From an uncultured Bacillota bacterium (GTDB lineage Bacteria > Bacillota_I > Bacilli_A > RFN20 > CAG-826), in contig CASFDV010000001.1 of the NCBI GenBank assembly GCA_949293555.1, positions 12,590 through 76,589 on the forward strand: a stretch of DNA of 64,000 bases, read 5' to 3'. Positions 34,825 to 45,042 of this stretch are shown here, piece by piece. Under the pieces are notes generated by a model that was not told where the DNA came from, did not search any database, and saw only the letters and a program-made list of their open reading frames with translations. Every line of letters starts with the position of its first letter. The first letter of the stretch is position 1. Both the position numbers and the translations under genes were made by a program.

Positions 34825-35928
34825 TCAGCGTGGGAGGAGCCGCACCGGGCGGAGGCGGTCGCTCGGGACGTCGGCCCTTCCTTCCTTGGCCTCGGGCCTG
34901 CCGTCCAGCTTGACGAGGTCCCCGGTGAAGCCGACCGTGTCGTTCCGGATGAGGGAGGAGCCGACCCCGTACATGTCGACGGGGACCCCGATTCTCGTCC
35001 ACTCCTCGATCTTCTCCGCGGTGAAGCCGCTCGACACGGTGATGCGGACGTTCGGGAAGCCCGCCTTGTCGAGTTCCTTCCGGAGGGCGTAGATGAGTTC
35101 CTTGCAAACCCCGTGGGGGTCGAAGCCCGAGGTGTCCTTGCCGTCGAACCAGTGATCCACGAGGGACTTGGAGGTGTCCACCCTCACTCCTCCGAGGATG
35201 TCCCCGAGCTCCCGCGCGGCCCTGAGGGAGTCGCGGACGACGTCGTTATGGTAGTCGATGAGGCAGGTGACCTTTTCCTCCGGGAAGCAGTCGTGGTACA
35301 TCCTCGCGGCCTTGACGACGTCCCCGCCGGCGATCTCGATGAGCGCGTGGGGCATCGTGCCCATCCCCTTGACCCCGACCCAGGATCCCTGGGCGTCGGT
35401 GGAGAACTTCCGGATCCCGGCGACATAGGTCGCGTAGCCGTCCCCCGCCTGGGTGAGGTAGTCGTCCTGGCGGTCCGCCATCGAGAAGCAAGGGGTGCCC
35501 CGGAGGGCCCTCGCGACCTCAAGGACGTTCGTCGCGACGCTCGAGCGCCGGGCGAGGATCCCGTCGATCATCGACTCGAGGAAGCCGAAGTCCTCGTAGC
35601 GCCCCTCGATCTTGAGCACCGGCTCCCCCGCGCCGACGATGTCCCCGTCGTCGAGGGCGAGGATCCTGAGTTCCTCGGGATGGTCCGCGAACTCCTGGAG
35701 GAGGGCGATCGCCTCGTCGATCCCGCAGGCCATCGCCTCCTCGCGCCGCTGGAAAAACTGCTCCTCGACAATATGGCCGGGAGCCGTTTTCCGAACGATA
35801 GCGCGGCTTTTAAGGAAATAATTGGCGCTATAGAAGCCTTCTCCGATGCGTTTGTCGAACTGGAAGGTCCTGTTCGTGAGGCGTTTGATCTCGCCCCGTT
35901 CCTTCCTATGGATCTCAAGCTCTTCCAT
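34825..35928 (-). CDS. nicotinate phosphoribosyltransferase family protein (short NAPRTase-like)
   Basis: Start at internal ATG 35928 (MEELEIH...). ...GTMPHALIE..., ...GGVRVDTSKS... (RxDSGD-like), ...GVGSSL... The upstream part of the track ORF is Arg/Gly junk. Confidence 0.55.
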   Translation of the reverse strand: MEELEIHRKERGEIKRLTNRTFQFDKRIGEGFYSANYFLKSRAIVRKTAPGHIVEEQFFQRREEAMACGIDEAIALLQEFADHPEELRILALDDGDIVGAGEPVLKIEGRYEDFGFLESMIDGILARRSSVATNVLEVARALRGTPCFSMADRQDDYLTQAGDGYATYVAGIRKFSTDAQGSWVGVKGMGTMPHALIEIAGGDVVKAARMYHDCFPEEKVTCLIDYHNDVVRDSLRAARELGDILGGVRVDTSKSLVDHWFDGKDTSGFDPHGVCKELIYALRKELDKAGFPNVRITVSSGFTAEKIEEWTRIGVPVDMYGVGSSLIRNDTVGFTGDLVKLDGRPEAKEGRADVPSDRLRPVRLLPR

Positions 35929-36536
35929 CACTTGCCCTCCTTGGGGAGATAGAAATCCTCCCCGTCCTCGTATCCTTCCGGACGGAAGGGGATCCCTTCC
36001 TCCTCCCCGAGCGCGAGGTCGCGCGGGGAAAGCGGCTTCGCCTCCACGGGGATCCCGTGGTCCTTGCAAGAGTCGAAGAGCGTGCCGTCCCGGAGGATGG
36101 TCCCGGGGAGGGCGCAGACGACCTTGTCCCCCTCGCGGAAGGGAGCAAGCCCGCTCACCGTGGGAATCTCCTTCGTTCCGTCGGAAAGGGTCAGGATGAA
36201 GAGGCGCTCGTCGAGGGGATGCTCCTCCACCTTCTTGACGGAAAGGACGTGGAAGCCCGTGTCCGTGGTGGGGGGGAGAGGGGCGATCCCGTTCTCCTCC
36301 AGAAGCGCGTTCACCACGTGGAGGAGCTCCTCCCCCGGGGTGGCGATCATCCCGTGCGCCCTGAGGCGGATGGCCCGGGATACGTTGAGGAAGTTCACTC
36401 CCACGAGGACATCCCCCCGGTAGAGGAGGGCGGCCTCCCTTCCTTCCTCGACCCTGTCCGGGACGAGCCTTGGCTCATAGGCGAGCATCAGGATGTCCCC
36501 GATGGTCCTGTGCTCATAGAAAAGGCGGTATCTCAT
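35928..36536 (-). CDS. YtpR-like tRNA-binding protein (EMAP/CsaA-type OB fold, DUF4479)
   Basis: MRYRLFYEHRTIGDILMLAYEP... characteristic YtpR N-terminus, then an OB-fold tRNA-binding domain. Confidence 0.6.
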   Translation of the reverse strand: MRYRLFYEHRTIGDILMLAYEPRLVPDRVEEGREAALLYRGDVLVGVNFLNVSRAIRLRAHGMIATPGEELLHVVNALLEENGIAPLPPTTDTGFHVLSVKKVEEHPLDERLFILTLSDGTKEIPTVSGLAPFREGDKVVCALPGTILRDGTLFDSCKDHGIPVEAKPLSPRDLALGEEEGIPFRPEGYEDGEDFYLPKEGK

Positions 36537-36537
36537 C

Positions 36538-37155
36538 CTAGTTCCTCCCAATGATGATCCGATGGATCCTCTTCCCTTCCTTGCGGAAGCTCTCCTCGTA
36601 CTCGCTCATCGCGTCTTCCGTTTCGTCCAGGGCATAGTCCTCCTTCGCGGAGATGACCTTGAGCCCGGCCTTCCCGCATTCCCCGAGGGTGAACTCATAG
36701 AGGGGAAGCTGGTCGCTCTTGAAGCGGATCTCCCCGCCCGGGGCAAGGAGGGAGGCGATCCTTAGGAGGCGCGGATGGAAGGTGAGCCTCCTCTTCTCGT
36801 GCCTCTTCTTGGGCCATGGGTCGCTGAAGTTCAGGTAGATGCGCGGGAAGAGATGTCCCTCGAGGATGTCCCCCGCCTCGTCGAAGTCCTTCCGCAGGAG
36901 GCGGACGGGGAGGGATTCCCCTTCCTCCTCCAAGGCGAGGAGCCTCTTGAGGAAGGTCCCCGCGGAGGAGACGTCCCGCTCCAGGGAAAGGATTTTCCTT
37001 CCCTTCCTGGCCATCCTTATCGCGAACATCCCCTTGCCCCCGCCGATCTCAAGGTCGGGGCCGAGGGAGAAGAAGGGATCCTCCTTCCCGGAGACGCCCT
37101 TCTCCGGATGCGCCTCCAGGAGGGAGGGCGCCCAGCTTTTGAAACGTCCCCTCAC
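36538..37155 (-). CDS. trmB: tRNA (guanine46-N7)-methyltransferase
   Basis: GTG start at 37155 (VRGRFKSWAPS..., compare B. subtilis MRMRHKPWA). ...LEIGGGKGMF... SAM motif, ...LNFSDPWPKKRHEKRRL... It must start here because the upstream dipeptidase gene ends at 37152 (GTGA overlap). Confidence 0.8.
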   Translation of the reverse strand: MRGRFKSWAPSLLEAHPEKGVSGKEDPFFSLGPDLEIGGGKGMFAIRMARKGRKILSLERDVSSAGTFLKRLLALEEEGESLPVRLLRKDFDEAGDILEGHLFPRIYLNFSDPWPKKRHEKRRLTFHPRLLRIASLLAPGGEIRFKSDQLPLYEFTLGECGKAGLKVISAKEDYALDETEDAMSEYEESFRKEGKRIHRIIIGRN

Positions 37156-38507
37156 CGGGCCCTCTTCCCCAGGGCGAGGATGGCGCGCATGTAGATGGCG
37201 ATGTCCAGGAGCAGGTCCTTCTCGAGGATATATTCCTCGGCCCCGTGCATGTTCCCGTCCCGCCCCTTGAAGCACGCGCCGAAGGCAACGGTGTTCGGGG
37301 CTTCCTTCGCGTACGTCCCTCCTCCGATGGCAAGGGGCTTGGCGAAGTAGTCGCGCGCCTCCATCCGGTAGGCGGAAAGGAGGGTCTTCACCAAGGGGCT
37401 CTTCTTGTCGAAGAGGAGATGGTGGTGCTCCGAGAGGAGCCTCGCCTCCATCCCGGACTTCCTCCGGAGGGTCCCGACGAGGGCGTCCGGATCCGCCTCT
37501 TCCCCGAAGCGGAAGTCGAGCGAGACGGAAAGCGCCTTCCCGTCGTAGCGGACCAACCCGTAGTTGTAGGTGGCCTTCCCGAGCTCCTTGGAGGAGTGGG
37601 CGCCTCCCCAGGAAGCGCCGTCCGGGGAAAGGATGATTTCCCCGAGATTTCTGAGTTCCTTCTTCCCGAGGGCCTCGCCGAGGAAGCGGAAGGCGGTCCC
37701 GGCGGCGTTCTCCCCGAGCTCCGGCGTGGAGCCATGGGCGCCCTTGCCCTTGAAGCGGATCATCGTGAGGACCTCGTTCCCGAGGTCGTCGTAGGAGATG
37801 ATGGAGGAAGCGAGCTTCCTCTCGAGGGCGGGGTTCTTCGCCATGGTCACGAGGAGCGAGTCGCAGACGGCGTTGGCGACGCTTCCCCCTTCCATCGCGA
37901 CGATCGGGGAAAGGTCGAGGGGAAGCGTGAGCTCGTAGCCCCTCATCCCCTTCTCGCCGTAGATGAGGGGCCAGTCGCTATCGGGGGTGAAGCCGAAGGC
38001 AGGGGCCTCGCCCTTGTGCTCCTTGAAGTAGTGCTTGAGGCAGCTGCTCCCCCTCTCCTCGTCGCCCCCGCAGACGATCTTCACGCGGAAGCCGTCGATA
38101 AGGCCGAGGTCCTTGAGGGCCTTCGCCGCGTAGAAGGCGGCGACCATCGGCCCCTTGTCGTCGGTCGCGCCGCGGCCATAGACGACGCCGTCCTCATAAG
38201 TCCCCGCGTAAGGCTTGTGCTTCCAGCCGTCCCCGGCGGGGACGACGTCCCCGTGGCCGTAGATCCCGATGAGAGGGCCCTTGTCCCCGAAGGAAAGCTC
38301 AGTGCAGTAGCCATCGCACCAGTCGACCGCGAAGCCGTTCTTCCTTCCGAGCTCCCCGAAGTAGCGGAGCGACTTCCTCACGCCTTCCCCGTAGGGGGCG
38401 TCCTTCTTGACGGTGGCCTCGTCGTAGGGCGAGGCGCACTGGATCCACTTCTGGAGGGCGAGGAGCGCCTCCTTCCGGTACTTCGACGCGATCTTGCGGT
38501 AGTTCAT
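37152..38507 (-). CDS. Sapep/PepV-like M20 family dipeptidase
   Basis: Start at ATG 38507 (MNYRKIASKYRKEALL...). ...GHGDVVPAG..., ...GRGATDDKGP..., ...GGDEERGS... M20 metal-binding motifs. Confidence 0.8.
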   Translation of the reverse strand: MNYRKIASKYRKEALLALQKWIQCASPYDEATVKKDAPYGEGVRKSLRYFGELGRKNGFAVDWCDGYCTELSFGDKGPLIGIYGHGDVVPAGDGWKHKPYAGTYEDGVVYGRGATDDKGPMVAAFYAAKALKDLGLIDGFRVKIVCGGDEERGSSCLKHYFKEHKGEAPAFGFTPDSDWPLIYGEKGMRGYELTLPLDLSPIVAMEGGSVANAVCDSLLVTMAKNPALERKLASSIISYDDLGNEVLTMIRFKGKGAHGSTPELGENAAGTAFRFLGEALGKKELRNLGEIILSPDGASWGGAHSSKELGKATYNYGLVRYDGKALSVSLDFRFGEEADPDALVGTLRRKSGMEARLLSEHHHLLFDKKSPLVKTLLSAYRMEARDYFAKPLAIGGGTYAKEAPNTVAFGACFKGRDGNMHGAEEYILEKDLLLDIAIYMRAILALGKRAR

Positions 38508-39202
38508 CTTCTTTCCCTTTCTCTCCCATGGAGGATTCCCTCGGCCCCCTTCCCTACGGCAGGCACGATGAGCGCGGCGAGCGTCGCTTCCCCGAGCGCC
38601 CCCAGGAGAAGCGCGCCAAGGAAGGCGAAGCCCACGCCCTGGGCGACGGGCTCCCCGCTCCTCAGGAGGGCGAGCGTCTCCTCCGGGAAGAAGACCAGGA
38701 GGTCGCCGAACACCAGGGCCGTATGAAGCGCCGTCATGAGGAAGGCGACGAGGCCCTCCAGGAACGCGCTCCGCCATATCTTAGGATTCCTGCGCGCGGG
38801 TGCAAAGCAAAGACCGGCGGCAAGGCCGAAGAGGACGCGGGGAGGGATGCTCACCCAGGGGTAGACGAAGAGGACGTTGAGCCCCGTGCCGTTGATCGCC
38901 CCCTGGATGAGGGAAGTGATGCCGAAGAGGAGGCCGTAGAGCGCCCCCCTCTTCCAGCCGAAGAGGGCGGCCCCTATGAGCACGGGGATATGGCTCAATG
39001 TCAGCGAGATCCCTGGGAAAAGCTGGATGTAGCCAAGCTGGGGCACGAGCCCGAGGAGAAGGATGATTGCGGAGAAGATGCCGTCCGTGGCGATGTTCCT
39101 TGCGCTTGCCCCCTCATGCGTCCTTCCTCTCGAGTAGAGGAAGAGGAAAAGGGCGAGGAGCAGGACCCCGAGCGCCCAGAAGAGGATCGTCGCCCAGTTC
39201 AT
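38504..39202 (-). CDS. ECF transporter S component (probably pantothenate-specific, given the adjacent coaX)
   Basis: About 6 TM helices, ~230 aa, typical S-component profile. ATGA-coupled to the dipeptidase and adjacent to coaX. Confidence 0.55.
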   Translation of the reverse strand: MNWATILFWALGVLLLALFLFLYSRGRTHEGASARNIATDGIFSAIILLLGLVPQLGYIQLFPGISLTLSHIPVLIGAALFGWKRGALYGLLFGITSLIQGAINGTGLNVLFVYPWVSIPPRVLFGLAAGLCFAPARRNPKIWRSAFLEGLVAFLMTALHTALVFGDLLVFFPEETLALLRSGEPVAQGVGFAFLGALLLGALGEATLAALIVPAVGKGAEGILHGRERERR

Positions 39203-39945
39203 AGGGAAAAGCCCTCCCCGATGAGAAGAAGCCCCTTAAGGACAAGGTTCTCCTCATGCTCGAAGCCCGGGAGGAGGGGAAGGATGTGGCGGGCGTTCCC
39301 TCCCGTGAGGATGGGGCGGAGGGCGACCCCCGCCTCCTTGGAGAAGGACTCGAGGAACCCGAGGCATTCGTACGCCCTCCCGTAGAGGATCCCCGACTGC
39401 ATGCAGGAGACCGTGTTCCTCCCGACTGGGGAAGGAGGGATCTCCAGGGGCACCTCCGGAAGCGCGGAAGCGTCCTTGGAAAGCGCCTTCGCGGAGATTT
39501 CGAGGCCGGGGGCGATCGAAAGCCCCGCAAAACGCCCCTCTTGGTCTAGATAAATGTATTTCGTCGCCGTGCCGAAGTCCGCGATGAAGAGGTTCTTCCC
39601 GAAAAGGGACTTCGCCGCGTAGGCGCCCGCGACGAGGTCGGATCCCACTTCCTTGGGGTTCTCCACGTGAAGGACGAGCCCCGTCCTGAGCCCGGGCCCG
39701 AGGACGATGAGCCTCCCCGCGATCCCTGCCAGGGCCGCGCGATATTCCCCGAGGAGCGAGGGCACGACCGAGGAAAGGATCGCCTTCCGGGGCCTTTCCC
39801 CCGCGAGGAAGGCGAGGATGCGGGAACGGATCTCGTCCCTTCTCCTCGAGGGCTCGGTCTGGAACTCGTAGGAGAGGGCGATCTCTCCCCCTTCCCCGAG
39901 CCCGAACTTCGTCAGGGTATTCCCGACGTCGATGGCAATGTCCAT
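39199..39945 (-). CDS. coaX: type III pantothenate kinase
   Basis: Start at ATG 39945: MDIAIDVGNTLTKFGL... (ASKHA fold DxGNT motif), ...ADFGTATKY..., ...TGGNA... Confidence 0.8.
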   Translation of the reverse strand: MDIAIDVGNTLTKFGLGEGGEIALSYEFQTEPSRRRDEIRSRILAFLAGERPRKAILSSVVPSLLGEYRAALAGIAGRLIVLGPGLRTGLVLHVENPKEVGSDLVAGAYAAKSLFGKNLFIADFGTATKYIYLDQEGRFAGLSIAPGLEISAKALSKDASALPEVPLEIPPSPVGRNTVSCMQSGILYGRAYECLGFLESFSKEAGVALRPILTGGNARHILPLLPGFEHEENLVLKGLLLIGEGFSL

Positions 39946-40060
39946 GTAAGGCTTCTCCTTAGCTGGGGCCCTTTTCTCCAAAGGTGTCCCGCAAGGGTGA
40001 TTATGGAACGAAAAAGAGCCCTCCTCCACTGGAAGAGGGCCCTCGGAGGCGAATGAAGGG

Positions 40061-42463
40061 CTAGGAGACGACGACGTTCACGATCTTCCCCGGGACGTAG
40101 ACGAACTTCCGGAGGATCTTCCCTTCGAGGAAGGGCTTCGCCTTCTCGCTCCGGAAGGCGGCCTCCCTAGCCTCCTCCTCGGAAGCGTCCTTCCTGAGGA
40201 GAAGGACGTCCCGGAGCTTCCCGTTCACCTGGAGGGCGACCTTGACCTCCTCGACGGCGAGGGCCTTCTCGTCGTAGGAAGGCCACTTCTCGTAGGCGAT
40301 CGTCCCATCGTGCCCGAGCCTCTCCCACATCTCCTCCCCCGCGAAGGGGCAGACGCAGGAGAAGATCTTCGCGAAGCCCTCGAGGTAAGGGCGGTAGAGG
40401 CTCCTGGCCTTGTAGCACTCGTTCACGAACACCATCATCGAGGAAATGCCGGTGTTGAAGTCGAGGGACTCGAAGTCCTCCGTGCACTTCTTCACCATCT
40501 GGTGGTAGGCCTTGCTGAGCTCCCCGGAGTCCTCCTCGCTCCAGCGGGCCCGTTCCTCTTCCCCGTCGACGAGGCGGAAGGCGCGCTCGATGAAGCGGCG
40601 CGCTCCCCGGAGGCCTTCCGTGGACCACGGCTTGCTGTCGGAAAGGGGGCCGGCGAACATCTCGAAGAGCCGGAGGGAGTCCGCGCCCGTGGTCTCGACG
40701 ATCTCGTCGGGGTTCACGACGTTCCCCCGGGACTTGCTCATCTTCTCGCCGTTCGCCCCGAGGATCATCCCCTGGTGGAAGAGGCGCTGGAAAGGCTCCT
40801 CAGAGGAAAGGATGCCGATGTCATGGAGGAACTTGTGCCAGAAGCGGGCGTAGAGGAGGTGGAGGACGGCGTGCTCCTGGCCTCCGATGTAAAGGTCGAC
40901 CGGGAGCCAGTGGTCGAGGAGCTCCTTCTCCCCGATGGCGTTCTCGTTATGGGGGTCGATGTAGCGGATGTAGTACCAGCAGGAGCCCGCCCACTGGGGC
41001 ATGGTGTTCGTCTCCCTCTCCCCTTTCTTCCCGCCGATCTCGACGTGGAGCCAGGAGTCCGGGGCCTTGGAAAGGGGCGGCTTCCCGTCCTTCCGGGGCG
41101 TGTAGTCGCCGAGCTCGGGGAGGACCAGGGGTAGCTCCTCGTCCGGGAGGATCCTCTCCTCCCCGTCCTCGGTCCGGACGACGGGGATCGGCTCGCCCCA
41201 GTAGCGCTGCCTGGAGAAGAGCCAGTCGCGGAGCTTGTAGTTCACCTTCTCCTCGCCGGCGCCTAGCTCGATGAGCTTCCGCGCGATGACCTTCTTCGCC
41301 TCGGCGATGAGAAGCCCGTCGGCCTCTTCCGAATGGATGTGGGGGGCGTCCTCCTCCATCGCATGCTCGGAGACGTCGCCTTCGAGGACCTGGACGATGG
41401 GGAGCCCGTGGGCTTTCGCGAACTCGTAGTCCCTCTGGTCGTGGGCGGGGACCGCCATGACGGCGCCCGTGCCGTAGGAGCCGAGGACATAGTCGGCGAC
41501 GTAGACCGGGACTTCCTTCCCGTTGATGGGGTTGATCGCGGAAATCCCCAGCAGAACCCCCGTCTTTTCCTTGGAAAGCGCGGTTCTTGCGAGGTCGCTC
41601 TTCTTGGCGCTCTCCTTGACGTAGCGCTCCACCTCCTCGCGGCATTCCGGGGCGGCGAGGCGTTCCACGAGGGGGTGCTCCGGGGCGAGGCAGCAGTAGG
41701 TGCAGCCGTAGAGGGTGTCGACCCTGGTGGTGTAGACGCGGAAGCTCTCCTCGCTCCCCTTGATCTTGAAAAGGATCTCGACGCCCGTGGAGCGCCCGAT
41801 CCAGTTCTTCTGCATCTCGATCGTGCTCCGCGGCCAGTCGAGTCCCTCGAGGTCTTTCTCGAGCCGGTCGGCGTAGCGCGTGATCCTGAGCATCCACTGG
41901 CGCATCGGGATCCTCACGACGGGGTAGCCGCCGCGCTCGCTCTTCCCGTCGATCACCTCCTCGTTGGCGAGGACGGTCCCGAGCTCGGGGCAGAAGTTCA
42001 CGGGGACGTCGGCGAGGTAGGCGAGGTCATGCTCGAAAAGGCGGCAGAAGATCCACTGCGTCCACTTGTAGTAGGAAGGGTCGATAGTCGAGATCTCGCG
42101 GTCCCAGTCGATCGACATCCCGAGCGACTTGATCTGCTCGCGGAAATGGTCGATGTTCCTTCTCGTCGAGATCTCGGGGTGCTCGTTATGCTCGATGGCG
42201 TACTGCTCGGCGGGGAGCCCGAAGGCGTCCCAGCCCATCGGATGGAGGACGTTATAGCCCTGCATCCTCTTCATGCGCGCGACGATGTCGCTCGCGGTGT
42301 AGCCCTCCGGGTGCCCGACGTGGAGCCCTTGCCCGGAAGGAAAGGGAAACATGTCGAGCGCGTAGAACTTCGGCTTCGAGAAGTCATGCGTGTCGCAGCG
42401 GAAGGTCTTCTCCTCCTCCCAGCGCTTCCTCCACTTCCTCTCGATCGCCTTGTGGTCGTACAT
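40061..42463 (-). CDS. leuS: leucyl-tRNA synthetase
   Basis: ...[17 protein letters not shown]... HIGH motif, ...KMSKSRGN... KMSKS motif, 800 aa. Confidence 0.9.
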   Translation of the reverse strand: MYDHKAIERKWRKRWEEEKTFRCDTHDFSKPKFYALDMFPFPSGQGLHVGHPEGYTASDIVARMKRMQGYNVLHPMGWDAFGLPAEQYAIEHNEHPEISTRRNIDHFREQIKSLGMSIDWDREISTIDPSYYKWTQWIFCRLFEHDLAYLADVPVNFCPELGTVLANEEVIDGKSERGGYPVVRIPMRQWMLRITRYADRLEKDLEGLDWPRSTIEMQKNWIGRSTGVEILFKIKGSEESFRVYTTRVDTLYGCTYCCLAPEHPLVERLAAPECREEVERYVKESAKKSDLARTALSKEKTGVLLGISAINPINGKEVPVYVADYVLGSYGTGAVMAVPAHDQRDYEFAKAHGLPIVQVLEGDVSEHAMEEDAPHIHSEEADGLLIAEAKKVIARKLIELGAGEEKVNYKLRDWLFSRQRYWGEPIPVVRTEDGEERILPDEELPLVLPELGDYTPRKDGKPPLSKAPDSWLHVEIGGKKGERETNTMPQWAGSCWYYIRYIDPHNENAIGEKELLDHWLPVDLYIGGQEHAVLHLLYARFWHKFLHDIGILSSEEPFQRLFHQGMILGANGEKMSKSRGNVVNPDEIVETTGADSLRLFEMFAGPLSDSKPWSTEGLRGARRFIERAFRLVDGEEERARWSEEDSGELSKAYHQMVKKCTEDFESLDFNTGISSMMVFVNECYKARSLYRPYLEGFAKIFSCVCPFAGEEMWERLGHDGTIAYEKWPSYDEKALAVEEVKVALQVNGKLRDVLLLRKDASEEEAREAAFRSEKAKPFLEGKILRKFVYVPGKIVNVVVS

Positions 42464-42490
42464 AAAGGGTCCTCCTTGGAGGCCCCGGGG

Positions 42491-43927
42491 CTACTTCCTC
42501 GCGAGAAGCTTCTTGTACTCGGCGAGATATCCGCGGGCGGAGGTCCGCCAGCTGTGGTCCCGTCCCATCGCGGCGCGGGCCACCTTGTAGTAGCCCTCCT
42601 GGTTCCGGTATAGCTCCTCCGCGCGATAGACGGCGTAGTCGAGGCCTTCGACATTATAGTCGCGGAAGGCGAGGCCGTCCTCGTTCCCGGTGATCATGCC
42701 GTCGTAGGGATGGACGGTGTCGGCGAGTCCCCCGGTCATGCGCACGATCGGGAGCGTCCCGTAGCGCTGGCTGATCATCTGGCTGAGCCCGCATGGCTCG
42801 AAGAGGGAGGGCATCATGAAGAAGTCGGAGCCGGCGTAGATCTTGTGGGCGAGCGCGTCGTTATAGCCGATGTAGATGCCGCAGGTGTCCGGGTACTGGC
42901 TCCGGAGCTCCTCGAAGCGCTGCTCGAGCTCGTACTCCCCGGAGCCAAGGAGGACGAAGTTCCCGCCCTTGGAGAGGATGGAGCGGGCCTCCGGGAGGAG
43001 GATGTCGATCCCCTTCTGCCACGTGAGGCGGCTCACGATCCCGTAGACGGGGCCGCCGTACCAGTGGAGTCCGTACGCCTTCAGGAGGTCGCTCTGGTTG
43101 AGGTGCTTCCCCTCCTCGAGGGTCTCCTTCCCGTACGTCTTCGCGATGCGGGTGTCCTTCTCGGGGTTCCACTCGCCGTAGTCGATCCCGTTGAGGATCC
43201 CGACGAAGTCGTCCCTCCGGTACTCGAGGACGCCGTCGAGGCCCTGCCCCCCGTCCCTGGTGAGGAGCTCCTCCCGGTGGGTGGGCGAGACGGTGGTGAT
43301 GAGGTCGCTATAGACGATGCCGCTCTTGAGGGTGGAGAACATCCCCTCGAAGCGCACCTTCCCGATGTCGAAGAGGTGGTCGGGGAGGTTGAAGAAGTCG
43401 GTGAGGAAGTAGCGGTCCAGCATCCCCTTGAAGGCGGGGTTATGGATGGTGAGGACGAAGCGGATCCCCTTGTAGGCGTCGTCGTTGTAGTAGTTCTCGC
43501 TCACGAGGGTCGGGACGATCGCCGACTGCCAGTCGTGGACGTGGACGACGTCGGGCTTCGATTCGAGGTGGCGGAGGGCCTCGCTTGCGGCCAAAGCGAA
43601 GAAGGCGAAGCGCTCCCCGTCGTCCATGTAGCCGTACATCCGCTCGCGCCGGAAGTAGTAGTCGTTGGCGACGAGGTAGTAGAGGATCCCGTCCGCCTCG
43701 GCCTTGTAGAGGGTGGTCCTCTGGTCGCGCCAGGACATGCGGACGTCGAACTCCGCGACCTTCTCGGCGTCGATCCCCTTGGCGAGGCTCGCCTGGTAGA
43801 AGGGGACGATGATCGCCACGTTCTGGCGGAGGCCCTTGAGGGCCTTGGAGAGGGAGTAGACGACGTCGGCGAGGCCCCCGCTCTTGGAGAAGGGAAGGGC
43901 TTCGCTAGAGATCATCGCGATGTTCAT
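42491..43927 (-). CDS. glgA: glycogen synthase (ADP-glucose type)
   Basis: MNIAMISSEALPFSKSGGLADVVYSLSKAL... KxGGL motif. Confidence 0.9.
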   Translation of the reverse strand: MNIAMISSEALPFSKSGGLADVVYSLSKALKGLRQNVAIIVPFYQASLAKGIDAEKVAEFDVRMSWRDQRTTLYKAEADGILYYLVANDYYFRRERMYGYMDDGERFAFFALAASEALRHLESKPDVVHVHDWQSAIVPTLVSENYYNDDAYKGIRFVLTIHNPAFKGMLDRYFLTDFFNLPDHLFDIGKVRFEGMFSTLKSGIVYSDLITTVSPTHREELLTRDGGQGLDGVLEYRRDDFVGILNGIDYGEWNPEKDTRIAKTYGKETLEEGKHLNQSDLLKAYGLHWYGGPVYGIVSRLTWQKGIDILLPEARSILSKGGNFVLLGSGEYELEQRFEELRSQYPDTCGIYIGYNDALAHKIYAGSDFFMMPSLFEPCGLSQMISQRYGTLPIVRMTGGLADTVHPYDGMITGNEDGLAFRDYNVEGLDYAVYRAEELYRNQEGYYKVARAAMGRDHSWRTSARGYLAEYKKLLARK

Positions 43928-45042
43928 AGGATGGCTCCTTGCTGCAGGTAGATGAGGTTGTCGGGGTCGCCCTTCACCTCGTGGCGGGCGGTGACGACGG
44001 CGTACTTGTCGACGACGACGTCCTGGAGGTTGGCCCGATCCCCGACGGCGACGTTCGAGAGCACGATCGAGCGGCGGACCCGCGCCTTCTTCCCGATGCG
44101 GACGTTCCGGCAGATGATCGAGTCCTGGACCTCGCCCTCGATGAGGCAGCCGTTGGAGACGAAGGAGTTCCGCACGACGGAATCCTCGCCATAGATGGCG
44201 GGGGGCGTGTCGTGGGTGAGGGTGTAGATGGGGCGGTCGGGAAGGAAGAGGGTGTCGGCGAGCCTCCTGTCGAGGAGCTCGAAGCTATAGTCGACGTAGT
44301 GCTTGAGGGAGTCGAAGCAGCGGGCGTAGCCCTCGTAGCGCCTGGCGTGGATCTTGAAGAGCCCGTTCTGGAGGGAGTAGGGGAGCATCTCCCTCATCCC
44401 CCAGGAGGCGTCGACCATCTGGTGGCGTCGCGTGAGCTCGGCCATCGTCGTGCGGTTGATGACGATGATCTCAAGGGAGACGGGGGCCTTGGCCTTCGTC
44501 CCGTCGTTCCGATGGATGCTCTCGACGTAGCCGTCCTCGTCGAGCGAAAGGACGTCCTCGTCCAGGAAGGACTTGTCGGCGTCCTCGATCTCCTTGTAGA
44601 CGAGGGTGCACTCCTCCCGCCGGGCGATATGCTCCTCGAGGATCGGCTGGAGGTCGATGTTGAGGAGGATGTGGGGCGAGCAGAAGACGACGTAGTTCGC
44701 CTCGCTGTCGTAGAGCACCCAGTCGTTCACCCGTAGGTTGGCGATGTCGCTGTTGTAGGCGGGGTTCAGGATCCCCCTCTCGTTATAGAAGATATGGACG
44801 CGCCCGGTCTTCGTGTTGTTCACCCAGGAGAGCATGTTCCCCATGTGCTTGAGGAGCGAGCGCTGGTGGTCGCGGCAGAGGACCCCGACGACGGGGATGC
44901 CGGAGTTGCAGAAGTTGGAGAGCGCGAAGTCGATGAACGCGTAGCGGCCGAGGAAGCTGGTGGAGGCGAGCGTGCGGTGCGCGGTCAGCTCCCCCAGCTG
45001 CGGCGAGGTGTGGCAGTCGACGAGCCCGATGACGTCCTTCAT
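43924..45042 (-). CDS. glgD: glucose-1-phosphate adenylyltransferase regulatory subunit GlgD
   Basis: GlgC-like fold lacking the GGxGxRL motif. C-terminal left-handed beta-helix region. Sits between glgC and glgA as in Bacillota. Confidence 0.8.
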   Translation of the reverse strand: MKDVIGLVDCHTSPQLGELTAHRTLASTSFLGRYAFIDFALSNFCNSGIPVVGVLCRDHQRSLLKHMGNMLSWVNNTKTGRVHIFYNERGILNPAYNSDIANLRVNDWVLYDSEANYVVFCSPHILLNIDLQPILEEHIARREECTLVYKEIEDADKSFLDEDVLSLDEDGYVESIHRNDGTKAKAPVSLEIIVINRTTMAELTRRHQMVDASWGMREMLPYSLQNGLFKIHARRYEGYARCFDSLKHYVDYSFELLDRRLADTLFLPDRPIYTLTHDTPPAIYGEDSVVRNSFVSNGCLIEGEVQDSIICRNVRIGKKARVRRSIVLSNVAVGDRANLQDVVVDKYAVVTARHEVKGDPDNLIYLQQGAIL